Source: Octopus vulgaris (taxonomy: Eukaryota). From it: a DNA stretch of 64,000 bases. Below the pieces are notes generated by a model. The model had not been told where the DNA came from and ran no database searches. It saw only the letters and a list, made by a program, of their open reading frames with translations. This document shows positions 55,216 through 64,000 of this stretch, one piece after another (the stretch's first letter is position 1; each line of letters opens with the position of its first letter). The position numbers and the translations under genes were made by a program. The stretch spans positions 13,206,001-13,270,000 of the forward strand of contig OX597827.1 of the NCBI GenBank assembly GCA_951406725.2. The letters are read 5' to 3'.

Positions 55216-55735
55216 GATTCTCCATCCTGATTACAGGTAAGTTCACCGCCATTAAATGACCATGAAGAAAGTTCACAGCAAGGAAAGTTCACCGAGAAAA
55301 TATATCCATAGTACCTCACCGTCAATAGTTAAAATCTATTTTATTGAATTACAGAGATGTACTTGCATAGCGAGTGACTTGATCTGAGATCGTGTGCTGG
55401 AACGAAAACAATTGCAGCGTGGAAGGTGTTTATATGCAGCACAAAGTTTTGTCAGTGAACAGGTCGCGGTCTCAAAGCAACGAAAATATTTTGACAAATT
55501 AAATTTAAATGTTGAAGTGAATCTAACGGTTTTTGTGTATTTCTTAAATGGCTTATAAACACCTTCCACGTTGCAATTATTTATTTTATTGAAAACAATG
55601 GTAAATTGATGACTGAACATTCTGTGCGGTGAAGTGATGATGATGAACTTCCTCTGCAGTGAATTGATGCTGGTAAACTTTCCCTGCAGTGAACTGAAGA
55701 CGGTGAACTGATGATCTGATGATGGTAAACTTACC
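55216..55735. mobile_element. MITE with subterminal AAGTTCAC/GTGAACT repeats, interrupted by a Penelope-like fragment (about 55335-55590)
   Basis: GGTAAGTTCACC...GGTAAACTTACC inverted ends. Confidence 0.55.
55448..55498 (+). ncRNA. minimal hammerhead ribozyme motif, G3-C8 variant
   Basis: TTTGTCA-GTGAACA-G-GTCGC-GGTCTCAAA-GCAAC-GAAA-ATAT-TT-TGACAAA; 7-bp stem I and palindromic AATATT stem III. Confidence 0.65.
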
Positions 55736-56059
55736 AGACATGCTCCATCCCACATGTCTCCTGTTCTGTTTAGTACAATACCTAATAGGTAGGGGCCAGC
55801 TTAGCACTGTAGACTATAGGCACTACATTATTATAGGTCCTGGGCAAAGTAATGTACTGGAACCCCTACATACACAGCCACAGCACACAGATTATAGTTG
55901 GGACCCTAGATTTGGTGAAGATTTTGCTGCTATTTCTAGCAGGTCATGCAACTACATTAAGGCTTCAATATTCACTCAATGGCAAAACCTGTATGACAAT
56001 GTCATATGCAGGAAGAGTGGGCATTAATTGAAATAATAAAGGAGGCATTTCTTTGCATC

Positions 56060-56520
<461 letters not shown>

Positions 56521-57882
56521 TTATCTATTCCTTCATGTCGCTCTAGTCGTTTTGAACTCAACTGATTATCTTTGATCAACTGGAATGATGATGATGATGA
56601 TGATGATGACGACGATGATGACGACAATGATGATGATGACCATCACCATCATCACATTGGTGATGGTAGCAGCAATGACAGCAGCAGTGGTAGTTGCAGT
56701 GTCAGCAATAGGGCAGCAGCAGCAAGGAGGAGCAGTATCAAAGTCGGATGTGCAGCAGCAGCAAGGCGGGAAGGGGTGCAGCAAGTGGGAGATGAGGGAG
56801 GTGGGGTTTCTAGGCGGCAGCAGTAGTAGCATAGTGGCAGTGGTAATTTTGGTGGTGATGGTGGTGGTTGCCGGGGGAAGTAAATGGAGGTAGAAATAAA
56901 AGAAGGACAACAGTGATGATGATAATAATGATGAGGAGGATGAGAAAGAGGAGAATATAAAAATATGTTAGGAGAGGAAATTAGCAGGAACAATATTTTT
57001 CATTAATAATGAAGATGATTATTTCTCGGCCAAATTGTGGCGAATACTTGCTGCTATTCTTGGCCCTTGATTTTTCCATGCAAACTACTTCAGCCCTTAA
57101 TTAATAGCATCTCCCACCCCTCACCACCCCTCTCTCTCTCTTGTTAAGGTCATATGGTCAAAGAAAGTTTACTTTGAAACTTTATAGCTACAAATAAGAA
57201 GATGATTTTTTGATGCAGAGCTGCCATTAGAACACCAGAAATACTGGTTAAATTACCCTTAAAAGGTGGAAAAATTTGTCAACAACCAGCCATAGGACTT
57301 GAACCCGTATCCCTCAAAGACTATGGCTGAGTGCTTTATAGTAAGGCTGAACTGCCTGCTGACAAATCTCATTTCATGGTCCATTATGTCAGTTACAATG
57401 ACAGTGGATTGGTCTAAGCATCTTGAGCAAAACTGGATTAGCAGAAATTGTATGAAAGCCTTTGTGGGCCTCTGTGTTTTTTTTTTGTTTTTTTAAGTTA
57501 GGTTCAATCCACCATTTGGCTCCTTGGGCACCTTTAGTGCAGTCCATTTTGTTGTAATTGTAAGCATTCTGGCCAAGTCCCTGGCCTGTGGTAAATCTTA
57601 TCCGTTTTTCCAACCAACAGTCTGTGGAGGCCCTGAAAATGATCTTGAATGCTGCTAATCCATCTTGTAAATTATCCTCTCGTAATTCCTCCTCCTCCTC
57701 CTCCACTTTTTCATCATCGCTGTCATCTTGTCATTGTCGTCATCATTGTCATCATCGTTATGATCATCATCTTCCCACCACCACCACCACCATCAGAACC
57801 GCCATCTTCATCAACATCATCATCATCACTAATTTACACTTTCTGTGCTGGCAAGAGTTGGACAGAATATCAGGACCGAAAT

Positions 57883-58117
57883 AAAGGCAGCAAGCTGGCA
57901 GAAACGTTAGCACGCCGGGCAAAATGCTTAGTGGTATTTCGTCTGCTGCTACATTCTGAGTTCAAATTCTGCCAAGGTCGACTTTGCCTTTCATCCTTTC
58001 GGGGTCGATTAAATAAGTACCAGTTACGCACTGGGGTTGATATAATCGACTTAATCCATTTGTCTGTCCTTGTTTGTCCCCTCTGTGTGTAGCCCCTTGT
58101 GACCAGTAAAGAAATAG
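57883..58117 (+). mobile_element. SINE family B
   Basis: Imperfect 18-bp TSD GAATATCAGGAYYGAAAT at 57865-57882 and 58118-58135. Confidence 0.9.
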
Positions 58118-59734
58118 GAATATCAGGATTGAAATCACTTATTTGAAGTTAATACTTTGTAATACAGCTCAAAGGACCATGTCTCACTAATATGCATACT
58201 TCCCATTTTTGGTATGGTTCCTAAAGCTGGGATACTCTTCCTAACATTACCCAGTTTACAGAGCATATTGAGTTCATTGTATTGTGACACTACCCCTAGA
58301 GATATGTTCTTGGAAAGACCAAAGGTTTCTCTCGATCCTAATTGTCATTGACCTTTTGCTATGGCACCAACACTAGTGAGGTGGCCTTGTCCAGCACAAG
58401 ACTAAAGAGAAAACTCTACATGGTTTGTCACAGTTGTTTAGACACCATCTGTTTGGTAGCTCTGATTCAACACTAACTTATTAAACATCGTATGTTTTAA
58501 TACATTCAAAAGCATTCTAGCTGTGACCATCACATCTTTTTTTTATATTTTGCACTGGAATCCCAGGACTACACTATTGTATTCTTTTTTAAGACAGCAA
58601 GGTGTGATCTGAGAGAGATTTTGTTGTTATTTCTAGCAGGTTGAGAGACCATGTAGCAAGTTTCATTGTTGACCCCAAGGAGGAGACAAGAAGATTCACA
58701 AAGACATTCCTGCCATAACGATCCTGCTTTAGTTTTTGTTTCATGCAAATAAACCAACAAAGCCACAGTAAAAGTGCATCCTGTTATGATTCTGTACAAA
58801 GTGATTGAAGGAAGATTTAGCTGCTATTTCTAGCAAATCGAAGGCTGTTTCATTGACTACTGGGAAGCGACTGTAGGAGGAGCTGGCAGTGGAGGAGAAA
58901 ATTGATGATTAAAACTATAATTAAGTAGAATGCAAACGATAAACAATTGACCAGTAATGCGATGTTGTATTGTAAAGCAAACAGTGGAGATGCTTGAGTC
59001 ATTAAATTGTTGAAACTCATTAGGAATGTTGATAAAACAGAGAGAAATACTGATCTGGGATAAAAGTTTAAAGTAACAAGAGAATAGTTCCACTAAACCC
59101 ATGAATGATGTCCATTAATGCTGATGAGAAACTGTATTAAGAGAAAAATTATGAATTGACAACACTTCATTCCGAGACAGGATTTGAATTGGGTATTACA
59201 ATAGTTTAAAGGCTACGTAGTAATAACAAGTCTAATCCCCACAAAAGAGATTAGATAGTGAGTAGATTAGATTACGAATGGAAGCGAAGTGAATGGTGGT
59301 GAAGAAACATGAACGAAGGGGAAAGATAATGATTTAGTTTCGCAGGCTGAGTAATTCATATCATTTAAATAGGATTCAGGAAATAGCGAAATAGGTGAGG
59401 CATGAAAAATCGCGATTTATTGGAGAAATTCATTGTTAATCAGTGCAGGTCAATGGAAAGGTTATGTAGGTGTGTCAGTGACATAGGTAAAAGATTCTAC
59501 CTTGTCAGAAGCTCGTAAACTCCAGTTCATATATTGCTGGTGAAATAGAAACCGTTTAATTATCTTGGTTTCTTTAGCAGTGTGTTTCGTTTGTGTGAGA
59601 AAAGTTATTCAAAACATTCAATGTAATACAAATGTAGAGATGTGATGCTAAAACAGGAAGAGGTCGGGTAAGATTAAAACTGACTCAATTGCCATCACGT
59701 GCATATGTGCGCGCACGCGCACACACACACACAC

Positions 59735-59970
<236 letters not shown>

Positions 59971-60416
59971 GGATCTATCTGTATATACATAAACATTTGT
60001 TTGTTTCTGTGCATGAGTATGTCTATGTATATATGTATATCTATATAAACATCAATATCTATATGTGTTTATATGTATATATATATATGTATATATGTAT
60101 GTGTGTGTGTAAGTGTGTGTGTGTGTCTGTGTGCTAGTCATATCAACAGCATCAGCAGAGTGACTAACATCCATTTCCCATGATGGCATGGTTGGATGGT
60201 TTGACAAGATCTGAGGAGTCACAAGGCTTATTCGAACTTCACTGTCAGTTCGGCCTGGTTTCCACAGCTGGATGCCCTTTATAAAATCATCCACTTCACT
60301 CTGTGCCACCTGCACTAGTGAGGTTGTCCTGTAACTTACAAGACACATAAAGAACATATGTGTGTGTGTGTATGTTTGCGTGTGTGTGTGATTGCATGTG
60401 TGTGTGTGTGTGTGTG

Positions 60417-60702
60417 TACAAGGAGAAGTCAAAGATTACCCACACTTTCACCATAACACATCTTTATTATTGTTGCATTGCCTGCTGCACATGCTTGCTT
60501 AAATTGCTTATAGTTGGTACTATTCTGGTCACACGATCAAGTGTAAGCCTGATCATGCCATTTGTTTTTCTGGCTTTACAGTGTAAGCACGGCTACTCCA
60601 CTAGCAATGTGCACCAAAGAAGAACAAAGTGCAGTGATCGGATTTCCCTGGTTAGAAGATTTGTCAGATGCTGAAATTCATTGGAGGCTTTCAGCACAAT
60701 TG
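60417..60702 (+). mobile_element. mariner 5' end fragment
   Basis: TACAAGG start; encodes CTKEEQSAVIGF..AEIHWRLSAQ (mariner N-terminal helix-turn-helix). Confidence 0.75.
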
Positions 60703-60703
60703 G

Positions 60704-60932
60704 TTAACCCTTTCGTTACCAACCCGGCCAAAACCGGCTCTGGCTCTGTAGTATAAATGTCTTGTTTTCATTAGTTTTTCATTAAGATATACCACTAAAC
60801 CTTAGTCCCAATTTATGTTCCTAACACTAAAGCTTAATGATAAGTAAGTTATTTTACTAAATTCATTGTTACATTTCAAATAATTGAAAGAAACACAGAG
60901 CATCTCAAAATAAATACAGTAACAAAAGGGTT
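60704..60932. mobile_element. piggyBac-like MITE
   Basis: TTAA-CCCTTTCGTTAC...GTAACAAAAGGG-TT. Confidence 0.65.
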
Positions 60933-61076
60933 GTTTCAATGGTCTGGGGGGGGGACATGTATGGGTTGGTGCATTGTCATGCAACAACAAAGACTTTCTT
61001 TGGCAATAGGCTTTGGTGTTTGGTGCAAACTGCTGGCTTCAGTTTGCTGGTCAACAAAGCACTATATCTTGCATTG

Positions 61077-61380
61077 TTGTTTGTTCCTTCTTGAGCCACA
61101 CTTGGCTCATAAGGGCCGGTTTCCCGGTTTCATTGGCGTATAGGTTCCCCACCTGGACAAAAAGCTGGTCCATCGCAGGTGAGCTGCAAGATGCAGGAGG
61201 AAAGAGTGAGGAAAAATTGTGGCGAAAGAATCAGCAGAAGTTCGCCATTACCTTCTGCCAGAGCCACATGGAGCTTAGGTGTTTCGCTCATAAACACACA
61301 TATCGCCCGGTCTGAGATTCGAACCCACAATCCCTTGACCGTGAGTCCGCTGCTCTAACCACTAGGCCACATGCCTCCAC
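61077..61380 (-). mobile_element. tRNA-derived SINE family D
   Basis: GGTTCGAATCT B-box; TSD TATATCTTGCATTG at 61063-61076 and 61385-61398. Confidence 0.88.
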
Positions 61381-61648
61381 ACAATATATCTTGCATTGCT
61401 AATCATACATCCCTTTTCCAGGTAGTCTTCTAGTATAGGCCCTTTCGATTCCCGAAAAAAGGGTTACAGTTAACATCACTTTTCCAACAGAAGATTAGGT
61501 CTTCAATTTCTTCGTCGCTGACGAGCCAGGATGTTTCCACTTTATACTCTGTCTTTTGGATTCTGCCTCATAATGATGGACCTATGTTTCATCTCCTTTG
61601 ACTATTCTGCTCAAAAATTCCTAGCCCTCATTGTTGTAGCAATCGAAT

Positions 61649-62037
61649 GGATGGAAGCACTCCGTCGGTTACGACGACGAGGGTTCCGGTTGATCCGAAT
61701 CAATGGAACAGCCTGCTCATGAAATTAATGTGTAAGTGGCTGAGCACTCCACAGACACGTGTACCCTTAACGTAGTTCTTAGGGATATTCAGCGTGACAC
61801 AGAGAGTGACAAGACCGGCCCTTTGAAATACAGGTACAACAGAAACAGGAAGTAAGAGTGAGAGAAAGTTGTGGTGAAAGAGTACAGCAGGGATCACCAC
61901 CATCCCCTGCCAGAGCCTCGTGGAGCTTTTAGGTGTTTTCGCTCAATAAACACTCACAACGCTCGGTCTGGGAATCGAAACCGCGATCCTATGACCGCAA
62001 GTCTGCTGCCCTAACCACTGGGCCATTGCGCCTCCAC
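61649..62037 (-). mobile_element. SINE family C
   Basis: TSD AGCAATCGAAT at 61638-61648 and 62038-62048. Confidence 0.9.
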
Positions 62038-62419
62038 AGCAATCGAATAAACATTGGCAGACCTCAAGACATTTGTGCTTGTGCTCTGCAGTAGGCTCTC
62101 TTGGCACCCATCTTGCACAGACTTTATGGAAGCTGAGCTCATCATGGATGATTTTCAGCACCTGACACACATTCCAGCCAGAGAAATCGGATCACTGCTC
62201 TTTATTCCTCTTCGGTACACATTGCTAGTAGAGCGGCCGTGCTTACACTGTAAAGCCAGAAAGGAAAAAACAGCGTGATCAGGTTCAGACTTCGATCCTG
62301 TGGCCACAATAGTACTAACTATAAGCACCATATGCAGAAGGCAGTGTGACAATAATAAAGGTATGTTATGGCGACAGTGCAGATAATTTTTTATTTCCCC
62401 TTGTATATATATATATAAA

Positions 62420-62651
62420 AAGATTCGAGCGAGGTCGTTGCCAGTACCGCCTGACTGGCCCCCATGCCAGTGGTATGTAAAAAGCACCCACTACACTCTC
62501 AGAGTTGTTGGCATTAGGAAGGGTATCCAGCCATAGAAAATCTGCCAAATCAAGATTGGAGCCTGGTGCAGCCATCTGGTTCACCAGCTCTCAGTCAAAA
62601 TCGTCCAATTCATGCTAGCATGGAAAGCAGACGTTAAACAATGATGATGAT

Positions 62652-62652
<1 letters not shown>
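62420..62652 (+). mobile_element. RTE-tail element
   Basis: CATGCTAGCATG hairpin and (GAT)n tail. Confidence 0.85.
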
Positions 62653-62686
<34 letters not shown>

Positions 62687-62801
62687 GTCATAATATATGG
62701 ATTCAAGTAATCTGGTAGTACTTATAACAAAAAAAGATCCTTAATGTATCATTATACAAACCATATAGAATATATAGTAATAGATAAGAGAAAAGAATAA
62801 G

Positions 62802-63160
62802 GTATGTATAGAGTCATAAATGACAGAGAAATGTCTTGATGAACAATAAGAAAAATCCTATAATCATTACAAATTGTTTTGTAACTCAAAAACATGCAAA
62901 TAATTTATATGGCTGAGCTATGTCATCAGGTGAAAAAAGAGATTTTCTTTCACTTGATGGCATAGCTCTAATTTTACTTTATTTTCATTGAATTTTTTGC
63001 ATTGTGCATCAATGCACACACGTAAGTATTTTATTTATTATCAAATATGATCACATAATTTATTTACATGTTTTTCGAGTTATGAAACAATTTAACGTAA
63101 TTATGTGATTTTTCTTATTGTTAGATATAAGTTCATCAAAATGTTTCACTTATGACTTCT
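62802..63160. mobile_element. inverted pair of Penelope-like termini with decayed hammerheads
   Basis: 62802-62935 is a diverged reverse complement of 62948-63160; core CTGATGA or TTGATGG, stem II CATAGCTC/GAGTTAY, then RAAAC. Confidence 0.55.
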
Positions 63161-63161
63161 T

Positions 63162-63221
<60 letters not shown>

Positions 63222-63251
63222 TTTAGCTAATGAGCTGTGGCATGTGGGCAC

Positions 63252-63293
<42 letters not shown>

Positions 63294-63469
63294 GTATGTG
63301 TGTATATATATATATATGTTTATATATATTTATATATAAATATATTTACATATTTATACATATACTATATATTATACATATATATATATTATATATCATA
63401 TATATTTATATATAAATATATTTATATATTTATACATATACTATATATTATATATATATATATATACAT

Positions 63470-63512
<43 letters not shown>

Positions 63513-63625
63513 CATATATACATACATGCAGTCATACACACATTCATACATACATACATACACACATTCATACATACATACATACATACATACATACATA
63601 CATACATACATGCATGCTTATATAA

Positions 63626-63666
<41 letters not shown>

Positions 63667-63679
63667 ATCAGCCCCAGCA

Positions 63680-63850
63680 GCATCGTTTAATGTTCATCCT
63701 CCATGCTGGCACAGGCTGGATACTTTGACCGGATCCAAATGTTTCAGAATACAGCATCATGATCCAGTGGCTACTTTGGCATGGTTTTTATGACTGGATG
63801 CCCTTCCTAATGCCAACCACTTTTATAGAGTTTACTGGGTGCTTTTTTAT
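63680..63850 (-). mobile_element. RTE-tail element (old)
   Basis: GGATGCCCTTCCTAATGCCAACCAC motif. Confidence 0.75.
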
Positions 63851-64000
63851 TGTGTGTTACCACTTACACATACATAATAAACAACTATTTAATATAGACA
63901 AATTATAAAACAAAAACATTTGCAATTAAAAAAGCTTTGATTGGATGGTGGCCCTTAATCCTATTATATAAGACACTTGTATCCCTTAAGGATGGTGGCC

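Larger units (their letters stand above)
60940..62405 (-). mobile_element. decayed mariner transposase relic with two nested SINEs
   Basis: IIHDELSFHKVCARWVPRE, a GDET..HHYE..SKRQS..WKHP-like segment and LLHDNAP; TACAAGGGG end. Confidence 0.85.

Overview
Eukaryotic, repeat-saturated non-coding DNA. The SINE families and simple-repeat density match my recollection of Octopus or another coleoid cephalopod; this is inference and was not searched. No intact host protein-coding exon is supportable, and nearly all listed ORFs are microsatellite artefacts. The window holds many tRNA-derived SINEs, RTE and R4/Dong LINE remnants, mariner relics, MITEs, and a 17-bp satellite with a 780-bp higher-order duplication. 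It also holds many short Penelope-like terminal fragments lodged in (TA)n tracts. Two signals stand out. First, those fragments carry minimal hammerhead ribozyme motifs in which the core 3-8 pair appears as C-G, U-A and G-C. Second, there are five local duplications of 33-365 bp, all inverted, copied from adjacent DNA or from up to about 6 kb away; three of them interrupt recognisable elements.
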